A stretch of 64,000 nucleotides of DNA from Cycas panzhihuaensis (taxonomy: Eukaryota > Plantae > Cycadophyta): the NCBI GenBank assembly GCA_023213395.1, contig CM041465.1, positions 123,511,741 through 123,575,740 of the forward strand. Direction: 5' to 3'. Position 1 is the first letter of the stretch. The number at the start of each line of letters is the position of its first letter. Shown in pieces: positions 1 through 11,821 of this stretch. The position numbers and the translations under genes are program-made. The notes beneath the pieces are model-generated. The model was not told where the DNA came from. It searched no databases and was given only the letters and a program-made list of their open reading frames with translations.

Positions 1-2
1 CC

Positions 3-1317
3 AATTCCACTCTTTCGAAACAAACAGGCCATTCACCTCCCAAAAGAGTAATAATACCAATTGCAACTGTCAGTATTCTTATTATCTGCTGTTTACTCAT
101 AGGAATCTATTGCAGAAGCAAGTGTTTACGTTCCTCAAAAACTGTTGCACTAAAACGGGAACTCCCTGTTATTTCATATCAACAACTTATCCATGCAACA
201 CATGGATTTAGTGAGGCCAACTTGCTTGGAGTTGGTAGCTTTGGTTCAGTCTATAAAGGAATTCTAGGAAATGGCACCATGATTGCTATCAAGGTTTTTA
301 ATTTGCAGAATGAAGAGCACATTCGAAGTTTTGAAAACGAATGCAAGGTATTAAAGAAAATTCGGCACCGGAATCTTGTTAGAATCATAACCTCGTGTTC
401 AAGCCTTCATTTTAGAGCTTTGGTCCTCCAATTCATGCCAAAGGGAAGCTTGGAGAAGAATTTGTATCCTTATGACAGCAGCGAGAACGAAGATGGTAAT
501 GCTTATTCATTGAGCTTCCTCAACCGATTAAACATAGCCATTGACATAGCCCATGGCATGCAATACCTTCATCATGACTGCTATGTTCAAGTTCTGCATT
601 GTGATCTAAAGCCAAGCAACGTGCTTTTAGATGACAACATGGCAGCGCATATTACTGATTTTGGCTTGGTCCGAGTAATTTGTCCCAGCTCTGAGGATTC
701 ACTTCAGCACATGCACTTAGAGGGTCCATTGGCTGCATCGCCCCAGGTTTGCTTTTATGCTTCAAATGATCGAAATACTGTTTGTCGCTTTTCTTGCATA
801 TCTTGTGTGTATGAGTTAGTAGAATAAAAATTTGAAGATGATGGGCTTGAATACAGAGTATGGATTAGGAGGGAGGGCTTCAACAAAGGGTGATGTTTAC
901 AGTTATGGCATTCTGTTAATGGAGATGCTGACTAAAAGGAGGCCCAGGAGTTACATGTTCGCAGGAGGACTGGACCTGCAGAAGTGGGTGAGCATGGCAT
1001 TTCTTGATAGATTGCTGGATGTTGTTGACGATACCCTACTAAGTAATGTGGGTGCTGAAGGAATAGATGGGCATACCGCGTATAAATGTCTTACGGAACT
1101 CATACTTGTGGGTTTGGTGTGCACGAAGCAATTCCCTGAAGAAAGACCAAATATAAGAGATATGGTGGGAGTGCTGGAGAGTACCAGAGCAACATATCTT
1201 GGAACAACAACCGCAAGGACTACCAAATTCCCAGCAGATATATCATCTTTGTTAGAAAGCAAGACTACACACAACAACTTGGGAACATTTGATAGCCAGA
1301 GTTGCTCTACATCATAG
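3..1317 (+). pseudogene. 3' part of an LRR-XII-type (EFR/XA21-like) non-RD receptor kinase, frameshifted; exon <3-746, intron 747-856, exon 857-1317
   Basis: Frame open from position 3: TM helix (VIIPIATVSILIICCLLIGIYC), ISYQQLIHAT..FSEANLLGVGSFGSVYKG, AIKVF, RHRNLV, HCDLKPSNVLL (non-RD), DFG. After ~700 the activation segment TSAHALRGSIGCIAPE is in another frame. GT..AG intron splits APE/YG; exon 2 has KGDVYSYGILLMEM..PEERP, stop at 1317. Confidence 0.88.
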
Positions 1318-1418
1318 TTAATGCGTAAAAAACATCAAGTTCATTTTTCAGTTTCATTGTTGCATGAATGAATGGAAAAACTGGCACAATTATCAAGTGC
1401 TAATACCTATTCACTCAA

Positions 1419-4394
1419 TGGAATCGCGTCTATGGGATGGTGACTACACTTGGTGAAGATTGGGGCAATCGACAAAAAATTCTAGAATAAAAGATACAAT
1501 CCTACAAGTGAAGGAAACACCCACACAGAGCGTTCGTGCATTGGAACGCAGGTTCAGGACCAACGAATGGCACACAACTTCCTCAAGGTGGCTCGACTTT
1601 TGGCTTGAAGGGCGAGATACACGTAAGGTATCTTGGATAACCCCAAAAGATGGAATCCTCCCATCCTTGGATGGCCAGAAAGGGAAGGGAGGCCCAACGA
1701 AGGAAAGAACTTCTGTGAGAAAGTGATATGGTATGTGTGAAATAGATACAAAAAAGAACTCCTTAGGCCGACTCACCTAAGGCAGGGCTACAAGGGAAAA
1801 AGGCAATGGCAAAAGGCCACTTACTGCTATGTGAGCGAAGGGATCTAAGTCCCGGCAAGGGTAACTAGAGTAACGTGTGTGAATAGGATGCAAAGGGTGT
1901 GTATGAAGGGATAATACAAGTGCTCTCGTTTACTTTCACAAAAGGGGACATAAAACACACTCTCACTCTCTTTTGCTTTTAAACAAGAAAGAACGAAAAC
2001 GATATTCCAAACAAGCTCAAGCATGCATACTAAGAAAATGCAAAGCTAAGGGACGTTTTGCATTCGAGTAGGAGAGGAGGGAGGTATAATCCCTATAATA
2101 TGCTCATTCCTATAAAAAGCAGCATGCAACTTGTGTATGCAAGGTGAATGTGTGCAAATTTGTTGACTACTCTTTTCCTTTTAGGCTGTTTACTATGCAA
2201 GATGATAGGCCTAATAATGACAAAAGGAAAAGAGCTACGAGAGGAGGGGAAGTACGTACCCAGAAAGTCATGTGGCCGAAGAAGATATCTTGTTCATATG
2301 CCATGCTTGCTCCCTTGTCCTTGCCCGACGCACCAATGTTGTTGAGAGACGGTATTGAAGGGGCTTCCTTACCTTCCCCGTGCAAAAGAAGAAAAGAAAA
2401 AATCGGAAAAGACAAGAGGAAACAAAGCAACTATACGAGGAAGAGAAATGAAAAGGAAAAAGACAAAGACTTACCCGGATCAAAATGCCTCTTCCTTTTC
2501 ATGAACGTTGCGATGAAACCTGCAAGTACAAAGGTTTTATTCCCCTTTCTTCAAGGGGCTGCTAGAATGCCAAGTAGGTGTATATATATATATAAAGGAA
2601 GTAAAGTGCCAAAAAGTCACAAGCGAAGTGCTGGAGACAACACAAAATTTTTAACTGACAGCTACTTCCAAACTCATCAACATAAGTCACAACAAGCAAT
2701 GAACGTAAGTAGTTAGCCTCGGAATGGCTAATCCTCTGATGTAAATACCTCCATATTGCATTTTGAGAACAAGGGTAGCAGGTTTAGACAGCCTATATGA
2801 CAGCGAATGGTAAAGGAGCAAATGGTATGGAAGTTGGAAAGGTTGTTAGTGTTACCAAAGTTGTGGTATGTAGCGTGTGCAACACCGGATGAGGGAGTGG
2901 TCAAAAGAGGGATATGACAATAGTAGTGGCTAAAAAACCCTACTAATATGGGGCTCTCAAGGTTGGAAGCAATGCAGTAAGGGGCTGCATACACTCGTTC
3001 CAGTGGTAGCCTCTTTTCTGGGGTCGTCTGGTAGCCCAAGGAAGACACAAGGAGGAGAGCAAGGAGGAGAAGGGGGATTGCCCCTTGGGAAGCCAGCCTT
3101 GTTGGGTATAGAACCCGCCGAGGCTTCCTTCACTCTCACCTTGAGAGGCTCACCTTGCATCCCTCTTGGAGAGACCAGAGAGACAGCGGAAAGAAAATGC
3201 ATATTTTAAAGGAAAACTGCAGGGAAATACCTCCTGCACAAACTAGGGAAAGACTGAAAATGAAAGATGTATGAAGGAAAACTTAGATTTCAAAGAAGTT
3301 TAAAGGAGATGATATGAGGAAAACCACGGGGAGCTACCTGATGGGCTAAGTTTGCAATAGGCTTGCCTGAAAACAGCGTAGGAGGAAGCCAATCTAGGCG
3401 CTTGCAGGAGAATTCCTGCAAATCTGAAGAAGAAAAATTGTTAGACACGTGTAGATGCAAGCTTTGAATGGTATTGTCGCTTGGTGAAGCTCGTTGATGA
3501 GATTGGCTCCATGAACCTGACCTGTAGAAGACAAAGTCTAGGTATGAATGTAGAAGATCTCAGCAGATGCAAGGCATTTCCTACAGGAGGTAGCTTGCAG
3601 AGGCAGCTGAAGAGTAGGAGAGAGAGAGTTATAAGAGCTTGTTGGAGGTTGATAGAGGAAGAAATGAGGAACTTTTTGGGCTTTATACTCAACCCTAGCC
3701 CTAATCAAGCGAATAGGGTTAGGCTAGGACTCGGGGAGCGACTAATCCACGTGGCAATTTCGCGAAAAATACGAAAATTACCACGGCGGATTAAAAAAAT
3801 AGAGGTGGACAGTCGCATCACGGTAAACTTCATAGTACTGCTAAGTTTGCAACGATGCAGAGCCAAAATGCAACAAAAAGAGAGATGAGGGTCTTGGGGG
3901 CCCTAGAAGAGGGTACCTTAGGTCTAGGAGGGACTAGCCCTCTTGTCCAAGTGGTTGGGGACAGTCCAAGTGGGCAAATGGGCTAGACTAGATAGGGCAT
4001 TGAAAGGTAGGGTTCCCAAGAAACCTATGGACGGACACAAAAATGCCAACCACTCCTAACGGAATGTTAGGGGCTGCAGTATGACGAGAAAGGTGTGAGT
4101 GGATCACACAAATTGGTCGATGTTCGAGGCGATGTGGAGGTGCAACAGAGGGTTGTAAAGTGCCATAGGGATGTATGCCTCACAGAGAAGCATGTCCCGC
4201 GGGTCGTCGAGGCTAGGGACATGCAACATGATCAAGCAAGGTGCATAACAATCGTAAAAATGAGCCAATCAATCATGTAATGAATCAAGCAACGCTTCAA
4301 TTTACCTCCTGAAATGACTAAGAAGGGAGATAGAAACATACATGTGCTTACCTGAGTTGACTCGTCCATACCCATTCCCAGTAGCTGGAAAACA
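1419..4394 (-). repeat. 3' LTR of the Tat element (~2.98 kb)
   Basis: Colinear with 13742-17466 (TGGAATCGC...GAAAACA); adjacent PPT-like AAGGGGGTAG on minus at 4395-4404. Confidence 0.95.
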
Positions 4395-4799
4395 CTACCC
4401 CCTTGGTGACAGAGCCTCGCTGCTCGGAAGCACAACACAATGGTGAATGCTGGCACCAAAACTATTAGTAACATATGTACATATAACAACACAATCATGA
4501 TAAAAGCCAAGGGTGCCAGTGAGTGTCGTGGTGGAATACGTGGATGCAGGGACAGGAGTGGAGACAACATAGGGGTTGCCTATGCGCCACTCTGAAGTCA
4601 ACTGGAAATCATAATAGATGAGAGGAATGTCCCTATCATAGGAGTACAAGAAGAGAGATGATGATCACAAGCAGTAGGGTGAATGAACAAACCTGGTGGT
4701 CGTTATAGTTTAACCTCATCAGCAGCCATCTTTCAGAGGTGCGAACAGATTGCAATGTGAAGTGCAAGACGACCCGAGACTTAGGCACTTGGGCGACTG

Positions 4800-5255
4800 G
4801 ACAAGTCTCTCAAGGTGGGTCATTAACAGGGAAAGGCAACGCTCAAGGATGAAGCGAACGAGACTGTCTGACTCAGCGTTGAGGGCCCGTGGGATGTGTC
4901 AGATGTCGACAGATGAAAAACAAGCTAATAGGGACCTGGTGGCTGAACCAAGGGCTCTCAAGTGTGGGCATCGCACCTGATAGACCTGGGTGAGATGGGA
5001 CACCACAACCTGAGAGTCGCAAAAGATGATGATGGCTCTGTGGTAGAAACAGAGTGCATCAGTGAGGGCTTTGATAATGGCCGTGTACTTGACTTCATTA
5101 TTAGTGGTCTTAGGGAGAAAGATTCTGAAACACAAGAAGTCATGTCCTGAAGGGTCACAAAAAATCCACGTGATGGCGAAAGAACCAGAATTGCCACGGC
5201 TTTCGCTGTCGGTGAAGATGAAAAGTGCCATGGATGAAAAGAGAGGTGCCTCCAT
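4800..5255 (-). pseudogene. Additional archaeal-type RNase H (aRH) encoded as a separate ORF
   Basis: FTDSESRGNSG..TTNNEVKYTAIIKAL..FCDSQVVV..YQVR; past the TGA at 4899 the frame continues HIPRALNAESDSL, completing the RNase HI motif set. Confidence 0.88.
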
Positions 5256-5771
5256 AGAAGAAATGTGATAGGGTCAGTGGTGCCGAGAGGACACAATGAT
5301 GTGGAGTAGCTGTGAGGGACTTGAATAGCTGGCGATGAAGGCCATAAAGGGAAGGAGGATCCAACAATGAGGCTACCCGAGGGCGGAGTGGACTATCCAG
5401 CCAACGAGGAAGAACGGGCAGTGAAAAGGCCTCTCTAGGGTTCCAAAAAGCAGTCCTAAATGGAGAGGTCGCTCCCTTTGGGAGCCGCAGAAGTGCGAAC
5501 GAGCAGCAAAAACAAATCCAGGAAGGCGAAACGAGCTAGACAAGTATAAACTTAGGTATACATGGAGGTGGCACACAAAACAAGGTAGAAGGGGCCTCGT
5601 GGAGGCAGGTGAATAAGTGCCATAAATATACTTATGAGAATAAGCGAAATGGAGGTCACGGGGGCGAAATGGGAGCCAGGGCCAGAAAGCAATAGTGATA
5701 AGGGACAAGAAATGGCCCTAAGGGCTGTCACGGCGATGAAAATGGAGGAAGTGCCTCTCGGGGGCCCCGCC

Positions 5772-5814
5772 TATATAAGGAAAACTCGATGAAAATGGAA
5801 TTCATTTTCACGAG
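5772..5814. promoter_or_regulatory. Candidate bidirectional TATA box (TATATAA) plus adjacent hairpin between aRH and PMD ORFs
   Basis: CCTATATAAGG at 5770-5780 contains TATATA, which reads the same on both strands; inverted repeat CTCG-A-TGAAAATG-gaatt-CATTTTCA-CGAG at 5785-5814. Function inferred only. Confidence 0.35.
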
Positions 5815-6423
5815 CTCGCGAACGATTCAAAGCCATTTCTCCTACGCAGCGGAGCACTACTCAACTTTGGAGACACACAGAAAGAGATCAGACCATTGGA
5901 TCGAGGCGAGAGGACAGCCAGCGAGACCAGGATGACGAGATGACGGTCACGAGGCCAGATCTAGTGAGTGGATCACCTGTTCCCTAGCCCATCTTGTGAT
6001 TTGAATTTCATTGCTTATTGTTATTTTTCTTAGAGTAGTTTTGGGCCCCTTAAGGGTAAATAGTGATCTTCTAGAGTCTGAATTGGATCCAGGGAGATGG
6101 AGGACTGGGGCATTAGGCAGCCCTGGTCCCAGTAAGCTAGAGCAAGGCCCGCCTGGGTAAAAATTTTTGGTTTTTTGGGTGGGAAACCCCCTATTTTGAG
6201 GGGGTGACATTCACACCAGGCAAAGATCGCAGTGTCCCGATTTTTGCCGTGGGGCCCTGATTGTAGGGTGACCCGAGCTAAACTCCACAGTACCGCGAAG
6301 TTTAGTGCGGTGCAAAGGCACACTAGCTGAGAAAACAAAAAGATGGTCCAAAGGAGAGCTAGATATCGATCTGAGAGGAGTGAGAGTCAGTCCTAATAGC
6401 CAACAGGTAGATTTAGACAGGTT

Positions 6424-8400
6424 TTGATTGATTTTTGGGGTATTTTACAGGTAGTTATCGCAGTAGAGAATTGTGAGAACATAGGGATGACGATGCTGAG
6501 CTTTGTAAAGATGATGTCCCATGGGGACAAACAAGTATTAGTGAGATGTGGCCTACTAAAGGTCACACAGATGCCACGGTACATATCAGATCAGCACTTC
6601 TTGGTAAATGTAGTCTCGCATTGGGACAGGCGGAGGCACGTGTCCCACCTCCCCCAAGTGGTGGACGTCACAGTCACGTCGGGAGACATTAAGAGGATCC
6701 TGGGGGTACCTACGGCGGGACAACCAACATCACTTGGGGCACTGCCTAGTAATGAGGCAGTGCATAGGGAGGCAACAACATTCTTTACAGGACATGATAG
6801 GTGGGAGAGGAGAGGCATACCTTTACAGACTATGGTCATGTCTAGAGTTCATTGAGTGAGGAAGTTGATTACTTTGTGCATTCTATTCCAGATATCTCAG
6901 AAACAAAACTATAGAGACATACTCGGCGGGTGGATGGACATAGTGAGGAGATGCAAGGTCAGGGAGAGGCTAGATTGGGCCACCTTGATAGCAGCAAACT
7001 TAGTCGCTCAGTTGGATGCTATCAAGGTGGTAGGGAGAGGAGGATTATCTTACAACACGTTACTGCAGTGCTGGTTTTTTGATCACTTTGGAGCGGTGGC
7101 ACCCACAGGAGGGTCACACCCCATCTCAGAGTGGGCTCGCATGGTCCATAGGTGGTAGACTTGGTTTAGAGGGACCGAGGACCAGGCACATATCTGTCGC
7201 TCGGTGGAGGCTACATCGCTGGACCTCCTCACCATGGCCAACTACATATCTGATCCATATCGAGGGGTGAGGTGGAGCAACGATGACGACGCAAGAAAAG
7301 CGAGAGTCGCCCCTAGTGATGATGATGATGATGAGGATAAGGGCGGTGATGGGGCAGGCCCATCTAGAGCAATAGGTGGAGAGGTAGGACCTTCAGGAGC
7401 TGCAGGAGGAGAGGCAGGACTGTCGGGAGCTGTAGGAGGAGAGGCGGGTCCACAGATACGAGCCCAGAGATTGATGATAGTGAGGAGACCCAGAGCAGCA
7501 ACAACACTAATAGAGGAGGGTGGAGATGCCCTAGTAGTCCAGGAAGTCGTTGAGGTGGTACCAGAGGAGGAGGAGGTACCAGCAACTGGTGGAGTACTTG
7601 AGGAAGAGGTCATCGTCCAAGTCGAGGAGTCAGCGCCCCAACAGGTGAGACGCTACCTTTTCCTGTCATCTTTCGATTGCCAAATATCTAGATATTTGAT
7701 TTTATTTCATGTATATGGATACATATACTGACACGTGGCATGTTGGACTTCGCAGGAGCGACGAAGATACATAGATTGGTGGAGGCGGTAGTCCGAGAGA
7801 TGTTCCCCCAGGCTTACGTAGAAGGGCAACCTCCCATCTATGCGGGAGAGGAGCCGCGATCGGTAGGGGCTCATACAGTAGCATTTGCCTCGTTGGTTAG
7901 GGCGAGGGATGTATAGATAGCAAAGTCCCAAGGCACGAGGCACGCATGGGATGGCTACAAGGAGAGCTGGATGAGACCCGAGTTGAGAGGGATGTTGGAT
8001 GAGACCCGAGTTGAGAGGGATGCTCATGAGGCCTGCATGTGTGTTGGAGGCCTGTGGAGGAGCAGATGGAGACACCGAGAGTTGTATCAGGATGGCAGTG
8101 CTAGAGGAGCATCTCCAAGGGATGGAGGAGAGAATCTGAGGTATGGAGGAGAGATTTCGTGGGGTGGAGAGTGAGAGAGATCATATCTAGGCATGCTACG
8201 ATTAATTGGTAGACCAGGTAGCGTCGAGATCCTCATGGAGCAGGACACACACCCACATGGTGACGACAACCACGAGGAGGCCCCGAGACGAGGTGAGCGA
8301 GGCAGGGAACTCCCAGAGGCGCATGAGGAGTCTAGGAGGCATGTGGTCCCCAGGAGAGGGATCATATAGACCGAGAGATGATACCCCAGGAGTAGGGCAA
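6424..8400 (+). pseudogene. Antisense accessory gene with plant mobile domain (PMD, aminotransferase-like/MAIN-like) and acidic/coiled-coil tail
   Basis: VVSHWDRRRHVSHLPQVVDVTVTSGDIKRILGVPTAG resembles PMD RW..ETHTFHLP..EMTITL.DV..ILGLP..G; DWATLIAANLVAQLD..LLQCWFFDHF resembles PMD WG.A.LA.LY..L..LLQ.W..E.F. Interrupted by stops and frameshifts; putative intron 7645-7755. Confidence 0.8.
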
Positions 8401-9174
8401 CTGTAAAGAGTAGGGTATAGTAGTTTTGACTTGACAGGGGAAAGCAATGGACCTCCAAGGAGTCGCCATATATTGCCACATGATTGTACTCCTCCCTGCA
8501 AGGATTCTGGCTTCTCGCAGATGATGTACCATCCCACTTGTATGATATGACACACAATGATTTTATGTATATAGACGGGGTCGTTGGTACCCCATTTGGT
8601 ATATACTGATGTGTATGATGAAACATGATGATGGATGATGTATGTTTATTTTTATATTCATGTATGTATATGTATATGTGTGAGTGTGTGTGCATGAACG
8701 GGGAGCTATGGATCATGATGTTTGAGTTAGTTATCACATGGTTTGTGTTATGAGATTTGTTTGAGTTATACACATTTCCTTTTATGCAGGGCCACATACC
8801 TAGCAGGCGCATACATGATCACCATGAGTGTCAGCGATAGACTTATGTGAGGCTAGGAAGTAGGGTGGCATACATGTCCACGTGGGAGCATAGCGGCATA
8901 TCCAAAGGAAGCGCTAGCGAAGGGGGAGTAACAATATTTTACGTGCCATCCTAGTCGGAGAATGTACCTAAACCCAGGAGTGATTGGGACAATACACCCA
9001 AATAGGAGGACAGGGCCCCCAAAAAAAGGAGGACGGGGGGTTTTGCGAGAGGAACCCAAAAGAAACAAGGAGGCCACCCTAAGCCACCATTCCAGTTGTG
9101 GCTAGGGTGAATGGGGACGCGTCTAGGATGGTAGTTTAAGCTCATTTCAGAGCGTAAAGAAGATAGTGACATAG

Positions 9175-10302
9175 TCACGCATAGAATTTTTTTAGGAATT
9201 TCCCATTCACATCCTTCTCGAATTCGAGACCCTCCAGGGTGGTGATCCTATAAGCGTCATTCTCAAGACTCTGGAGAATGACAAAAGGGCCAACCCTTTT
9301 GGGTCCAAATTTGGTCAAGCGATCGTGGAGATATTCCAGGTTGAGGACATGGTCCTTGGGATGTAAAGGATAGGAACAAAGATTTTTATCGTAAGTCCTT
9401 CGTGCCCTAGCCTTAGAGGCGAGGTTGGCTTGGTAGGCGGCCAAGTGTTTCTCATCCAAGGCCTTGAGGTCTAGGAGGCAAGCTTGATGGATAGACTCCT
9501 CGTCGACAAGACCTTGGAGAGAGACCCATAGAGAAAGAATCTCCACTTCCAATGGGAGAACCGCCTCTGTCCCATAGACTAGGGAGAAAGGAGTCGTTCT
9601 CGTAGTAGTACGGATAGACGTGTGATACGCCCATAGGGCAGAAGGGAGCTGGAGGTGCCAATCTCTTTGAGATTGGGCAACAATTTTCTTTAAGATATTT
9701 ATAAGAGTTTTATTAAATGATTCCACCCGGCCATTAGCTTGGGGATAGTAAGGAGAGGAAGTTTTATGAGAAATATGGAATTTCTCGCAAAGCTCATCTA
9801 TCTCCTTGTTACAAAAAGGAGTTCTGTTGTCCATGATCAGGACATCGGGAACCCCGAAGTGACAGATGATATACTGGCAAACGAAGGTGGCTATCGTTTT
9901 ACCAAGAGTGGTAGTAAAAGGAATGGCTTCCGCCTATTTAGTAAAGTACTCCGTAGCAGTCAAGATAAACTTGTGCTGTAATGAAGAGGATGGCGTTATG
10001 GCTCCAATGAGGTCCAACCCCCATTGGGAGAAGGGCTATGGAGATATAATGGGGTGGAGAGCCTCGGAAGGCAAGTGAGTGATGTTAGCATGTTCCTGGC
10101 ATCGCCGACATCTCAAGGCGTAAGCATGGGCGTCCTTAAAGAGGGATGACCAATAATATCTCATACAGAGGATCCTTTGGGCCATGGATTGGCCCTTGCA
10201 AATGTCATGGTGGTATTTGCGGAGTATCTGGTCTGCTTCGTTAGGAGCGACACAATGAAAAAGGATCCTATCGAAGGATCTCTTGTATAGTACTTCACCC
10301 AT
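9175..10302 (-). pseudogene. Tat integrase (HHCC finger, DDE core, GPF motif)
   Basis: YHHDIC..YYWSSLFKDA..CRRCQEH; MDNRTPF..SSPYYPQANGRVESFNK..TPFSLVYGTEAVLPLE..GPF..VNGKFLKKFY. Confidence 0.93.
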
Positions 10303-10499
10303 AAGAAAGTACTGTCTAGCAGTAGCCTGAATACGAGACTTAACTTTATCGCTAGCGTCAAGGCGACATTGTTGTTAAGTAAGATATTGCATGATGTTCC
10401 CATACCACTCGCTATCCGCAAGCAGATGAGAAGGAAGGTCCTGAACGACCAAGATAGGCTCATCAGGAAGAGAGTCATCAATAGGAAGATCTAAAGGGT

Positions 10500-11665
10500 T
10501 CAGGATAGGAGTGTCGGCGAGTTGCTTGACCATTACCATCCCCTTCTTTGATTTCTTGTTAACGATGTGAAGATCAAACTCTTGAAAGAGGATGACCCAC
10601 TTGCCCCCACCGTTAGGTCGCCTGCAAGCAACAGCGCAAGGGATTGGGTTGAATGATCACTCGGGTGGTATTTCCAAGAGAGTAATGCCTAAACTTCTTG
10701 GTTGCATGTACCAAGGAGAGGCATTCTTTCTCCGCAGGGGAATAGTTGAGTTCGGCAGTCATGAGGGTGCGATTGATGAAGTAAATAGCCCTCTCAGCTC
10801 TCGAATCATCCTCCTGGGCCAACATGGCGCCCAAAGATTCATCAATTGCCGAGGTATACAGGATGAATGGCCTATCAAAGAGAGGCGGTGCCAATGTCGG
10901 GGCGGAAGCAAGGGCTTCCTTAAGTTCTTCGAAGGCTTGTTGGGCCTTGGAAGACCAAACAAACGGTGCCCCCTTCTTTAATAAGTTAGTGAGCGGTTTG
11001 CCGTTTATAGCAAAGTTCGCCAAAAAATGCTTGAGGAAACCAAGCCTACTTAAAAATGACTTAATTTGTCGTTGGGTTTTAGGAGGTGGCATGTCAAGGA
11101 TGGCCTTGACTTTATCAGGGTCAATTTGGATTCCTTGCTTTGACACAAGGAAACCAAAGAACTTGCTAGCGGTCATGGCAAACACACATTTAAGAGGGTT
11201 GAGGCTTACATAGTATTTGCGGCATCGTGCAGGTGATGCAGTATGTCGGTTAGGGGAACCCGAGGAAGAGGCTGAATTCTTCGCACCCTTCCCCTTGGCT
11301 TGGGAAGAGTGAGGGTTTGGAGACCTCCCTCGGTTCCAGTTATTTTTCTGTTGGGGGTTGCGATCACGTTTCCCATGTCTGGGGAAGGGATCTCTGTGAA
11401 CATGCTGATCTAGGTTGGGTCTAGATGCCCATTTTGGGGAAGAGTCACGTTGTGGGGCAGCCTTAGGATGCTGCGCCCGACACCGCAAATCGTCATGGAA
11501 GCACTCTCCATGGATGGAGCACCACTTCTTCTCAAGGGAGGAGTCAGGTTTCCTTACTTGAGAGGACTGAGTGTTTCCACCCTTGGAAGGAGCAGCTTGT
11601 GAAGCCTGGTGAACTGGCTTGTTAGACGTAGGAGATGAAGGAGTTTGAAGTTTGAGTTCCTTCAT
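10500..11665 (-). pseudogene. Gag C-terminus (CxxHx4Hx4C knuckle) fused in frame to RT thumb/connection and native RNase H
   Basis: WCSIHGECFHDDLRC, then after a basic linker directly RCRKYYVSLNPLKCVF..DPDKVKAI..FILYTSA..LGAMLAQ..NYSPAEKECL..KFRHY; no protease or YxDD segment between. Confidence 0.9.
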
Positions 11666-11821
11666 AGTACATTCAAATGAACATATAACTGAAGTAAGAG
11701 GGTCTAGAGTCTTCTCAGTGGAATGGGAAGAAGACCTAGTGGGTTGTTTAGTTTTGGTTTCTTTTGATGGTGGTGGTGCCTCATGTCATTGTGAGGACTT
11801 TATAGGCTTCTTAAGTCTAGC

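Noticed and set aside
1444-4280. ORFs repeated at 13767-17361
   Set aside because: Duplicated only because they lie in the two LTRs; no recognisable domain, and frames differ between copies.
8087-8812. 241 aa minus-strand ORF after integrase (env-like?)
   Set aside because: Low-complexity, largely the reverse of the PMD tail and 3' UTR; no convincing TM/env signature.
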